This document shows, in pieces, positions 37,301-48,950 of a stretch of 64,000 bases of DNA; positions within the stretch are counted from its first letter, which is position 1; every line of letters starts with the position of its first letter. The notes below the pieces were generated by a model. The model was given only the letters and a program-made list of their open reading frames with translations, was not told the origin of the DNA and ran no database searches. The position numbers and the translations under genes were made by a program. Origin of the DNA: Convolutriloba macropyga (lineage: Eukaryota); NCBI RefSeq assembly GCF_964194025.1, contig NC_134478.1:4526001-4590000 (forward strand), given 5' to 3'.

Positions 37301-39734
37301 ACAAACGATCTGCCTTCTCGGAACATCAACACAGACAACTGGGAGACAGTAAAGGAAATACAGTTGGCTGATCCCGACATTAACAAGCCCGCCCAAAATG
37401 ATCTAATCATTGGAGCTGGACAATACGAGGACTTGATGGTTGGGAACAACCGACTGAAAGAAGCAAACATCCTCGTTACTTATCGGCTCTCAGTATTCGG
37501 TTGGTTAGTAATCGGACGCGAAAAAGTGCAAACTTCGATTTTTTTCCAGTTTGCAAACCTACTTTGTGTCATCATTTGCAGACAGTTTACAGCGTTTTTG
37601 GGAAATCGAGGAAGTGCTTGAAACTAAGCATCTGACCGACGAAGAAAGAAGATGTGCAGAACACTTCAAGTCAACCACACGAAGACTCTTTGAATGAAGG
37701 TTCATCGTAAAGCTGCCGTTGAGGAAAGAAATTGGAGAAATTTGGACGATACAACGAGTTCATTAAACTAGGACACATGGAAGAAGTACCTGCAAAGGAG
37801 ATGCTACTGCCCACAGAGAAAAGGTATTATCTCAGCCATCACTGTGTGTTCAAAGACTCGAGTACAACTACGAAGCTGCGTGTAGTCTTTGATGATTCAG
37901 CGAAGACTACCAGTGGAATTTCTTCGAACGATAGACTGACGGTGGGACCCAATATCCAGAAAGATCTACTCAGCATCCTGATCATTTTCCTTATGTATCC
38001 TGTAGCCCTTTGAACAGACATTTCAAAAATGTACAGACAATTGCAACTGGACGCCGAAAATAAGGACTACCATCAACTACTTTGGAAGGAACCAAACTCA
38101 AGAGATATAAAGACATTTAGGATGACACGTATCACGTGCGGAATAGCATCATCACCGTTCCATTCTATTCGTCCATTACAGGTTTTAGCGGACGATGTTA
38201 CGGACGAAAATGTACAGCTAGGAATCATGACAGACATGTACATCGACGACTTGTTGACAGTAGCAGCCGATCTGGAAAGTGCAATGAATCTGCAGGACTC
38301 AATCATAGCAGTTCTTTCAAAGGCAGGGTTTGAGATTCGCAAATGGACTTCAAGTAACCCAGAATTTGTTGAAAGTTTACCTGCAAACTTTCGAGAGACT
38401 ACCGAGGAGATGACAATTAAAAGCGACGGCTATAGTATACAAATAATTTTAGGGGTCAAGTGGAACCCAAATCCAGATCACTGCAGTTTCATAGCAAAAT
38501 TGGACGAAAGGACACCATCTACAAAACGCGAAATACTATCGGAAGTCACCCGGCTCTTTGATCCTTTGGGATGGCTTTCACCTACAACAATTCAATTCAA
38601 GTCTTGTACAACTGCTTTGAATGGACCATTTTGGATAGGACGAAGCTTTGTCGAAAGGCCTTCGGAAACAGTACAGCCGACTCAGAGTCCAACTAGGGGA
38701 ATTAGAAGATTTCAAACTTCCCAGAAAGGTAGTTTAAATCCCACCGGCATCATCGGACATTGAACTTCACGTCTTCTATGATGCATCAACTACAGCCTAC
38801 GCCGCAGTTGTGTATATACGGCAATCTTTCGACGGATCGGTTCACACAAGGATGTTGACAGCAAAGACTAGAGTTTCACCAATAAGAAGCTTGTGCGTTA
38901 CGCGGTGGAACTTTGTGCAGCACTTCTTGGAGCAAAATTGATGGGAGCGGTATCATCATCTTTGAGCGATCAACGTTTCCCGACATCAAAGGTGTACGCT
39001 TAGACAGATTCAACGGTAACACTTGCTTGGCTGCAAGACTTTCCGAGAAAGTGAAAGACATTCGTTGCCAACTGTGTTCAGAACATCATTCCATCCAGCA
39101 ATTGCTTTTTCGTGCCGACGGAAGAGAATCCTGCTGATTTTGCATCACGAGGGATCTCAGCCGCAAACCTAGCCAAACACAGCCTTTGGTGAAATGAACC
39201 CCGCTGGCTAGAAAAAGCGAACATTTTTGGCCGAAGGCGGAATCAGCTGAGGAATATCAGCCCACAATAAACAATGAAGTGCAAAGAGAAACACGGAATC
39301 TAACGACAATGGTTGTTACTCAGGAGAACAACTCAATAGTTCAGCTAATTCATCGAATATCCTCGATTGGAAAACTGGTTCGAATTTTTTGCTATGTCAA
39401 GAAATTCATTCAGAAGGCTAAACAACAAAGACAGAAGACATTGGCCAGCAGAACAGATCCAACACAATCCGATACCAGAGGCTACTCACAGAAGTGGAAC
39501 CTATCATCCAAACGATGTCAACAGAAAATGTTGGAAGCTGCAACAGCATCTCAATTTAAATCACTTCGTCAACTCAGCTCTTCAGATATTTATCATGGAC
39601 GGATTGCCATATACAATCTTATTCAAAAACTTTATTTGCAAGAGTTTGATGCCATCGTTAGTCAATCATCTTCATCAATGACAGAAGGGAATGACACAAC
39701 AATTCGGACAACGCTTTTTGTCATAAACCCTTTG

Positions 39735-39955
39735 GTAAAGTTGAGGTAGGTAATGTTGGTGAGGTTGAGGTAGGTAAGTTTGACATTGGTAAGGTTAAGG
39801 TAGGTAAGGTTGGTCAAGGTGAGGTAAGTAAGGTTGGTAAGGTTGAGGTTGGTAAGCTTAAGGTAGGTAAGGTAGATCAAAGTGAGGTTGAGTTAGGTAA
39901 GGCTGGTAACGTTGAGGTATGCAAGATTTGTAAAGTTCAGGTAGTTAAACTTGGT
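39735..39955 (+). repeat. ~15-bp minisatellite (AAGGTTGAGGTAGGT-like) within pol, copy 1
   Basis: Seen directly; paralogous to 43680-43900. Confidence 0.85.
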
Positions 39956-42900
39956 ACAGCTCAATTAGGTAACTTAGATAAACCAACAAGATTCAATGAA
40001 ATGGAGCCATAGGTAGGTACAAGTGAAGACTAATTAATCAACAGTACAACAAAACGAAGAATAAAGCTCTTGCCAAAAAGAGGACGACTTTTCAAACTTT
40101 CTCCCTTCTACGACCAGGACAATAAAGTTGTTCGCGTGGGCGGACGACCAGCGAATTCGCTATACAATATTGACCAGAAGTTTTCTATCCTGATTCTGAA
40201 AGATTCGCCAATCACAGTGCTTCTGATTCGGGAAGCTCATACAAGGAACTTACATGGAGGCCCACAGTTGACATTGTTTTATCTTCGACAGACAATTTGG
40301 ATACCTGGAGGACTGTCAGCTGTTAAAAAAGGTATTTACAACTGCAAGCCCTGCATTCGCCACAACGCCAGGATTCTTCAACCACAATTGGAAGATCTGC
40401 CAACAGAACGTGTTGTTTCATCGTTTGCTTTCACCCACACTGTTTTGAACTACTGTGGACATTTCAGCACAAACGACAGCATCGGAAAATTGCAGAAGAC
40501 GTATGTTGCCCTTTTTGTTTATTTCAGCACAAAGGCCATTCATATAGAAACAGTGACAACGTTGACTAAAGAGGACTGTCTGGACGCCATAAAACGTTTT
40601 ACAGCAAGACGTGGACTAGCCGAAAATATTTATGGTGACAACTCAAGGACTTTCATTGAAACTCGGGGATAAATTGAGTTTCGCAAATTATCGATGGACA
40701 GAGAATTCAAGAAACTGGTAGATGTCCTCACTACAGGACAGCAGATAAACTGGTTGACAATTCTCCACTGACGCCTCACTTCGGACGTCTCTGGGAAGCC
40801 GCAATAAATTTCATGAAGAGACATTTTTACTGGACTGTCGGGACAACAAAGACGTCTTTTGGGAATTTCACAACCTTGATCACTCAATAATGCAGAACAA
40901 ATAACTATCGATCGAAAGATAACAGCAGCCCTCACTCATAAAGACAACACACAGGAAATTTTTCTCCAGACAGAAATTGCTCCTGTTAATGTCCCAGAAG
41001 AAATAGTTTATCTTCGAGCAATTCTGGACTCTGCATCTCAGAATAATCTTGTAACTGAAGCTGCAGTACAAAGACGTCAGCTAAAGACAAAGAGAAAAAA
41101 TACTCGTGGTTTTGGACTCAGAGGAAATAAACTCTCATCTAATTGCGGATTTGCTGACCTTTGCCTCCAACCAAAAAAAAGCACCAATTATCATTGACGC
41201 GTCAGTTTTAACGAAAATGACAAACGATCTGCCTTCTCGGAACATCAACACAGACAACTGGAAGACAGTAAAGGAAAAACAGTTGGCTGATCCCGACATT
41301 AACAAGCCCGCCCAAAATGATCTAATCATTGGAGCTGGACAATACGAGGACTTGATGGTTGGGAACAACCGACTGAAAGAAGCAAACATCCTCGTTACTT
41401 ATCGGCTCTCAGTATTCGGTTGGTTAGTAATCGGACGCGAAAAAGTGCAAACTTCCATTTTTTTCCAGTTTGCAAACCTACTTTGTGTCATCATTTGCAG
41501 ACAGTTTACAGCGTTTTTGGGAAATCGAGGAAGTGCTTGAAACTAAGCATCTGACCGACGAAGAAAGAAGATGTGAAGAACACTTCAAGTCAACCACACG
41601 AAGAAGCTCTGAATGAAGGTTCATAGTAAAACTGCCGTTTAAGAAAGAAATTAAAAAAATGGGGGATTCACAGCCTGATCTGTACAGACGATACAACGAG
41701 TTCATCAATCAGTTCATTAAACTAGGACACATGGAAGAAGTTCCCGCAAAGGAGATGCTACTGCCCACATAGAAAAGGTATTATCACAGCCATCACTGTG
41801 TGTTCGAAGACTCAAGTACAACTACGAAGCTGCGTGTAGTCTTCGATGGTTCAGCGATGAACACCAGTGGAATTTGTTTGAACGATAGACTGATGATGGG
41901 ACCCAACATCCAGAAAGATCTGTTCAGCATCCTGATCCTTTTCCGTATGTATCCTGTAGCCCTTTCAGCAGACATTTCAAAAATGTACAGACAAGTGCAA
42001 CTGGACGCCGAAGATAAGGACTATCATCGACTACTTTGGAAGGAACCAAACTCAACATATATAAAGACATTTAGGATGACACGTGTCACGTACGGAATAG
42101 CATCGTCACCGTTCCATTCGATTCGTCCATTACAGGCTTAAGCGGACAATGTTACGGACAAAAATGTACAGCTAGGAATCATGACAGACATGTACGTCGA
42201 CGATTTGTTGACAGGAGCTGCTGATCTGGAAAGTTCAATGAATCTGCAGGACTCAATCATAGCAGTTCTTTCAAAGGCAGGGTTTGAGATTCGCAAATGG
42301 ACTTCACGTAACCCAGAATTTGTTGAAACATTACGTGCAAACTTTCGAGAGACTACCGAGGAGATGAGAATTAAAACCGACGACTACAGTTTAAAAATTT
42401 TAAGCGTCAAGTGGAACCCAAATCCAGACCACCTCAGTTTCATAGCGAAATCGGATGAAAAGACACCATCTACAAAACGCGAAATACTGTCGGAAGTCAC
42501 CCGGCTCTTTGATCCTTTGGGGTGGCTTTCACCTACAACAATTCAGTTCAAGTCTTTTGTATAACTGCTTTGAATGGAACAACTTGGATAGGACGAAGCT
42601 TTGTCGAAGGGCCTTCGGCAACAGTACAGGCGACTCAGAGTTCAACTAAAGGAATTGGAAGATTTCACTTTTCCCAGAAAGGTAGTTTAAATCCCACCAG
42701 CATCATCAGACATTGAACTTCACGTCTTCTATGATGCATTAACTACAGCCTACGCCGCAGTTGTGTATATAAGGCAATCTTTCGACGGATCGGTACAAAC
42801 AAGGATGTTGACAGCAAAGACCAGTGTTGCACCAATAAGGAGCTTATGCGTTCCCCGGTGGAACTTTGTGCAGCACTTCTTGGAGCAAATTTGGTGGAAG

Positions 42901-43679
42901 CAGTATCATCATCTTTGAGCGATCAACGTTTCCCGACATCAAAGGTGTACGCTTGGACAGATTCAACGGTAACACTTGCTTGGCTGCAAGACTTTCCAAG
43001 AAAGGGGAAGACATTCGTTGCCAACCGTGTTGCAAAAATTCAGAACATCATTCCGTCCAGCAATTGGAACTTCGTGCCGATGGAGGAGAATCCTGCTGAT
43101 TGCGCATCACGAGGGATCTCAGCCGCAAACCTAGCCAAACACAGCCTTTGGTGGAATGGACCCCAAGATTATTGGCCGAAGGCGGAATCAGTTGAGGAAC
43201 ATCAGCCCGCAGTAAACAATGAAGTGCAAAGAGAAACACTGAAGCTAACGACAATGGTTGTTAGTCAGGAGAACAACTCCATAGTTCAGCTAATTCATCG
43301 AATATCCTCGTTTGGAAAACTGGTTCGAAGTTTTTGTTATGTCAAAAAATTCATTCCAAGGGCTAAACAACAAAGCCAGAAGACCTTTGCCAGCAAAACA
43401 GATCCAACGCAATCCGATACCAAATGCTACTCACAGAAGTGGAACCTATCATCAAAACGATGTCAACAGAAAATGTCGGATGCTGCAACAGCATCTCAAT
43501 TTCAATCACTTCGTCAACTCAGCTCTTCAGATATTTATCATGGACGGATTGCCATACACAGTTTTATTCAGAAACTTTACTTGCAAGAGTTTGATGCCAT
43601 TGTTAGTCAATCATCTTCATCAATGACAGAAGGGAAAGGTGACAACAAATCGGACCATGCTTTTTGTCATAAACCCTTT

Positions 43680-43900
43680 GGTAAAGTTGAGGTAGGTAAT
43701 GTTGGTGAGTTTGAGGTAGGTAAGTTTGACATTGGTAAGGTTAAGGTAGGTAAGGTTGGTCAAGGTGAGGTAAGTAAGGTTGGTAAGGTTGAGGTTGGTA
43801 AGGTTAAGGTAGGTAAGAAAGGTCAAAGTGAGGTTGAGGTAGGTAAGGCTGGTAACGTTGAGGTATGCAAGATTGGCAAGGTTCAGGTAGTTAAACTTGG
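43680..43900 (+). repeat. ~15-bp minisatellite encoding GKVEV/GKVKV pentapeptides, copy 2
   Basis: In frame within ORF 42846-43979. Confidence 0.85.
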
Positions 43901-45449
43901 TACAGCTCAATTAAGTAACTTAGATAAACCAACAAGTTTCAATGAAATGGAGCCATTTGTAGGTACAAGTGAAGACTAATTAATCAACAGTACAACAAAA
44001 CGAAGAATAAAGCTCTTGCCAAAAAGAGGACGACTTTTCAAACTTTCTCCCTTCTACGACCAGCGCAATAAAGTTGTTCGCGTGGGCGGACGACCAGCGA
44101 ATTCGCTATACAACATTGACCAGAAGTTTTCTATCCTGATTCTCAAAGATTTGTCAATCACAGTGCGTCTGATTCGGGAAGCTCATACAAGGAACTTACA
44201 TGGAGGCCCACAGTTGACATTGTTGTATCTTCGACAAACAATTTGGATACCTGGAGGACTGTCAGCTGTTAAAAAAGGTATTTACAACTGCAAGCCCTGC
44301 ATTCGCCACAACGCCAGGATTCTTCAGCCACAATTGGGAGACCTGCCAACAGAACGTGTTGTTTCATCGTTTGCTTTCACCCACACTGGTTTGGACTACT
44401 GTGGACAATTCAGCACAAACGACAGCATTGGAAAATTGCAGATGACGTATGTTGCCCTTTTTGTTTATTTCAGCACAAAGGCCATTCATATGGAAACAGT
44501 GACAAAGTTGACTAAAGAAGACTGTCTGGACGCCATAAAACGTTTTATAGCACGACGTGGACTACCCGAAAATATTTACAGTGAAAACTCAAGGACTTTC
44601 ATTGGAACTCGGGGAGAAATTGAGTTTCGGAAATTATTGATGGACAGAAAATTCAAGGAACTGGTAGATGTCTTCACTACAGGACAGCAAATAAACTGGT
44701 TGACAATTCCTCCACTGACGCCTCACTTCGTAGGTCTCTGGGAAGCCGCAATAAAATTCCTGAAGTGACGTTTTTACAGGACTCTAGGGAAAACAAAGAT
44801 GTCTTTTGGGAATTTCACAAACTTGATCACTCAAATTGAGGCCATCCTCATTTCTCGCCCGCTGACAGCCCCCTCTAGCGATGCCAATGACACTTCAGCA
44901 CTAACACCCACTCATTTTTTTATTGGACGCCCGCTAACAGCTTTGCCGGAGCCATCTCAAGAAGACAACCGGACACTAAGCAGAAGGTTCAAAAGCATCA
45001 ACAACATTGTCAGACAATTTTGGAACAATTGGTCCGTGGATTACTTGACAACACTTCCATGTAGACCAAAATGGCACGATAGCAAGCAACAGTATGCCGT
45101 CAATGACATTGTTATCATCAAAGAAGACAACACGCCTCCAATGCTATGTCCACTGGCAAGAATTACAAAAATTTTCGACGGAAATGACAAGATAGTACAA
45201 TTCGACCAAGTTAGAACTCAAACAGACTACTTGACAACGCTTCAACGTCGATCAAAATGGCAGAATAACAAGCAAAAACCAAAGAATCTCAGCTACCCAA
45301 ATGGAAGACAGCGGATGACTCAATGGATGAGGATTGACAAGTCAGCAGCACAACCCATTTCAATACATCAAGACCGGAAGATAAGAGTTCCCTAGACAAT
45401 GAGCTATCAATATTCAAGTCAATAACATCATAACAGCAGCGACACTTTC

Positions 45450-45580
45450 ATGACAGCGACCACAATGATGACCACAATGATGATGATGATGATAATGACC
45501 ACGAGGATGATGATGACGACAACGACAAAGACGACGATGACGACTACGACGATGACGACTATGACGACGAAGACGACAAC
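45450..45580 (+). repeat. (GAT/GAC)n trinucleotide low-complexity tract
   Basis: Seen directly, in the BEL 3' region. Confidence 0.85.
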
Positions 45581-45711
45581 AAGGCAAACAACAATCAATT
45601 TCAGAAAACAATTTCCTCGTCAAAAATTTTCTGTGAGGTGTCTTGTGTCAAAAGGTCTCAAGTGACTTCAATATTACTTTTCAATTGAACTCAATTAAGG
45701 AGGCCGATTTA

Positions 45712-45959
45712 TGTTGCGGTAAACAACCTTTTGACCTTCATATTTCGAGAGCTTCAAAACTTCAATTCTAGATGACTTCTTCAACAAATGCAACAAAAAA
45801 TTACCACGTGATTTGAACTAAGAAATCATAATTTCATCTGATTTTATCACAAACACTTGTTTCCTTTTGAGCTTGAGTTCTTCTTAAGCATAAAGCCTTT
45901 AAGTCTTTAAAGCGTTTAAAGCAAGTCTAATTAACAAAAATAAGTCTTGCGACGCAACA
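45712..45959 (+). repeat. BEL 3' LTR (248 bp)
   Basis: Purine tract AAGGAGG just upstream; TGTTGCG...CGCAACA 7-bp inverted termini. Confidence 0.75.
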
Positions 45960-46280
45960 GATGCAGATGAGATTTTAGCCGAGTGTCCATCGAAACTCAA
46001 CCACATCAGATAACCTAGGTTGTAGAAGCATATGAAAACCCAGTGGCACTTAAATAAAAGGCTCTAAAAATCTTAGATGAAAATCTTCTAGAGGTCTTGA
46101 AATTTTTTAGAGCAACGTATTAGTTCGTACTGAGATTACATTTGAAAAGAAACCAGAAAATACATACGGCCTTTAACAGTATACTTATTTTTGAAATCTT
46201 GCTATGCTGCTTGAGTTTCGTCTGCGGTGTTTCAAATGAGATTGACATAATTTAGAAGTTGAACAGTAAAATTCTTCTAG

Positions 46281-47330
46281 TTAGCCGCAAGTTGGCTGAC
46301 CACAAGTCGGATCTTCCGGAAGCTTCTCAGTACCCTGGACATAGCCCGGAAGCTCCTCAGACTTAGAATTTGGGAAGGCATTGTTCGGCAAACGATAACT
46401 TCCTGTTTGCTCACTTCGACACAATGGAACTAACAAATCTGCCGCATCTTGCCATGAATCAACATTCATTGATTCGAAGTCCGTTTCTAAGTCCAAATAT
46501 TTTTCCATGAAGTTTTGCCAGTCTTTGAAGGATGGCCAGTATGTATTGTCGTAGAAAGCGGCGTAGTTCAGAAAGTACCCCCATTTAAACTCGAAAAATG
46601 GAATCGAAGGGTTCACAGATTTGGACTGTTTTGAGATCTCAGTTGAGTTGTCTTGACAGACTCTAATATAGCACCGCTCACAGTACTTATCATCGTTCGA
46701 TTTGCATTTCGGAAACGGATCCGGCGCTTTTTCAACTTTTCTGGAGAAGCTGGACAAAGCTCTCCATGGATCATTGGAAAAAGCCTTGCTATTTTTCCGG
46801 AACTCAAACACAATGGGAAGGTCCGACGGGGAAATCGGCTGCGGAAGGTGGTTTGGAAGTCCTTTGGGGTGGTCCAGTATATAAATGAAGCTTTGAGATT
46901 CTAAAGTTTGGTAGAAATCGTCCCAAGTTAAATTTCTGTAGTCGCAAATTATGTTCATAGATACCGATATGTCATCGTACCCGCTGTAGTCAAGCGCACT
47001 CAACGTGTGATGTTTGTCAACGATAGTTATGAGCGGGTTTCCTCCTACTCCTGGGTTTATTACTCCCAAGAAACCGTTTTGCTCATCTATATATTTCTCC
47101 GCGTCGTCTTTCGATTTGAAATGTTCTTCCACTTTCCGTTTGACCCAGGCATAACCCACCGAAGGTTGTCCGGGTCGAACTAGAGGTTGCAAATTTTTCC
47201 ATTTGTTGCTGCAAAGACCTGTGAAATAATCGGTGTTACGCAAGACATTGTCGCAGTCTATAAGACAGCTGCCGTGATCAAATAAAAAGCAAAACGGCCA
47301 ATAAAATATCGCCAACTTGAAGGCTAGCAT
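46281..47330 (-). CDS. Secreted ParB-like (ParBc_2 / ParB-Srx fold) protein, 349 aa, intronless
   Basis: Hydrophobic N-terminal signal; motifs VRPGQPSVG, GVINPG, IVDKHHTLSAL, IICDYRNLTWDDFYQTL, SDLP, NDPWRALSSFSR, IPFFEFKWGYFL parallel the ParBc_2 pattern LRPTQ..VG / V.GP / DHHH...AL / V.DLS.L....FW..L / DDPFRSLA...R / PF.EF.WA.FL; uninterrupted ATG-TAA frame. Confidence 0.85.
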   Translation of the reverse strand: MLAFKLAIFYWPFCFLFDHGSCLIDCDNVLRNTDYFTGLCSNKWKNLQPLVRPGQPSVGYAWVKRKVEEHFKSKDDAEKYIDEQNGFLGVINPGVGGNPLITIVDKHHTLSALDYSGYDDISVSMNIICDYRNLTWDDFYQTLESQSFIYILDHPKGLPNHLPQPISPSDLPIVFEFRKNSKAFSNDPWRALSSFSRKVEKAPDPFPKCKSNDDKYCERCYIRVCQDNSTEISKQSKSVNPSIPFFEFKWGYFLNYAAFYDNTYWPSFKDWQNFMEKYLDLETDFESMNVDSWQDAADLLVPLCRSEQTGSYRLPNNAFPNSKSEELPGYVQGTEKLPEDPTCGQPTCG

Positions 47331-48526
47331 TTTGGATTGATATTTAGTTCAGTTTTGAACTAAATTTGAGAGTAAATATCTATAACTTTCACTTCGTAAG
47401 TGGTGCTGTTTTGTAAGACCTCACCCTGGTTTATTGTCTTTCTACATTTCAGTTCAATAACAATTTTGAAGTTCAACAGCAGCAACTTTTCTGCCCGAGT
47501 AAAAAGTAGAGAATAAGATACCCAAAAATTATGAGCAAATTGCCTCGAATTAAAGCCTTAAATTATGTCAACGATAGTTATGATAGCTATGTCAACGATA
47601 GTTATGTCAACGATAGTTATGAGCGGGTTTCCTTTGAATCCTGCGTTTATTACTTTTAGTTGACAATAACTTTTCATACTGAAGTTATTGTTAGCCAAAA
47701 GTGGGTGTGACAACTTTCCTCGAGGTAAAGGGGATCACCTTTTTTGATGTACCGTAATTTGCTCATTTTAACTAAACATAAGCATCGACCAAATAGGTTA
47801 GATAATATCTCAATAATATCTCAATTCACACAGGCAAATGTAATTTGATTTCACGATTTGAGTATTAAGATTTCAAAAACTGTCTAATCGGATTCCAAAA
47901 TTGGCGTAACTAGATTACATAAATTGCGTAAATAGATTCCGACATTTGCTTAATTAAGTATAATTTAGGATGTCCATCTGTGGGGATTTGTGTAGGATAC
48001 GATTAAAAGTTATTTCCGCCTGTTGCAGCTGCTCGAGAATTTCAGCCGAACCAAAATATCAGTTTGGTTCTCGAGCTGTACGCCGGCCTGGTTCTCAGGT
48101 TGCTCAGGTTTTCCCCTCCAAAAATCAAGCGGGAGGAGGGTACCAATTACCGGTCTCAACTTGTAAAATTTTTCAGTTTTGATCATTTTTGAGTTTTGAC
48201 AAATTCTAAGTTTTTTCGTTTTCAAATGCCTTTTCTTGCTGTTTGACGGCTCTTGTTGCTGATATGAAGTGGCGCCAACACAGCCAGAGCAGTATCCAAA
48301 TCCCAATCTGCAGATACCACTTAATATCTTCATCAAATTTTAATTAAACTATCGAATTAAAGTACCGGAACTTCAAGAATACGTTATCCCGTTATAATTA
48401 CGTAATATGCTTTTAATTACACATTATGCTGGGATTACTCGTCTTCGATAAAAACGCATCTTCTCCATTGCGCAGAAACGAATATAACTGTATTAAAGGC
48501 TAGTAACTAAATGCACCTTTGATAAA

Positions 48527-48950
48527 CTTAGGCTTGGAAAATGGATGGGGAAAATCGCACAAATATAATTAGTTTCAGAAATTTCTCCCTTTCTTTTAAT
48601 GAAAAAGGAGATGTGATAGCTAAATATATAATTTACACTATATTCATTTCGGTTACCGGAGAGTTACACTCAGATTTTATCTGCAGTTTTAAACAAGTTA
48701 GGCTTGGAAAACAGATTGGGGAATATTTTCCGTTTATTTAATTTCAGGAATTTCCCTTTTTCTTTCAAATAATTGGAGAGGTAATTAGTTTCAAAAACTT
48801 CCCCTCTTTTGAAAATAAATGATATCGGTTTTCGGAGATGATCCTTTGTTCAGTTTTTGGTATGAGTTTAATCCTGCTAGGATTGGTAAATAGATGGCAT
48901 GAAATTTCAGGATTTTTCTCCAGAAAATTTCCCCTTTCTTTCTAAAATAG
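48527..48950 (+). repeat. Degenerate ~170-180-bp tandem repeat, about 3 units
   Basis: TAGG(C/A)TTGG(A/T)AAA...ATTTC.CC.TTT.T restarts at ~48528, ~48698 and ~48878. Confidence 0.55.

Larger units (their letters stand above)
34367..45959 (+). mobile_element. BEL/Pao LTR retrotransposon with internally triplicated pol; only the 3' LTR is recognisable
   Basis: gag DUF1759 (LPKLDLPSFPGNYLDW) and triple Zn knuckle (CFNCLRPGHRAENC..CRQCGRKYHTLLH); protease LDSAS; RT YVDD; RNaseH WTDSTVTLAWL/NPADCASRG; integrase HGG..CKPC, GLWEAA; DUF5641-like tail. Confidence 0.93.

Noticed and set aside
43977-43979. Programmed stop-codon readthrough before BEL integrase (in-frame TAA shared with 40031-40033)
   Set aside because: No CARYYA-type context; more simply a nonsense mutation predating the tandem duplication
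36968-44834. Assembly artefact as the explanation for the BEL tandem units
   Set aside because: The units differ by numerous substitutions and indels, unlike a simple duplicated contig overlap; a haplotype mis-join cannot be fully excluded without reads
45414-45665. Poly-His/Arg and poly-Thr/Met ORFs
   Set aside because: Translations of a (GAT/GAC)n microsatellite
46281-47330. env-like ORF or cargo of the adjacent BEL element; or a true ParABS partition system
   Set aside because: The gene lies outside the 3' LTR on the opposite strand and has no TM anchor; no HTH, parA or parS is present
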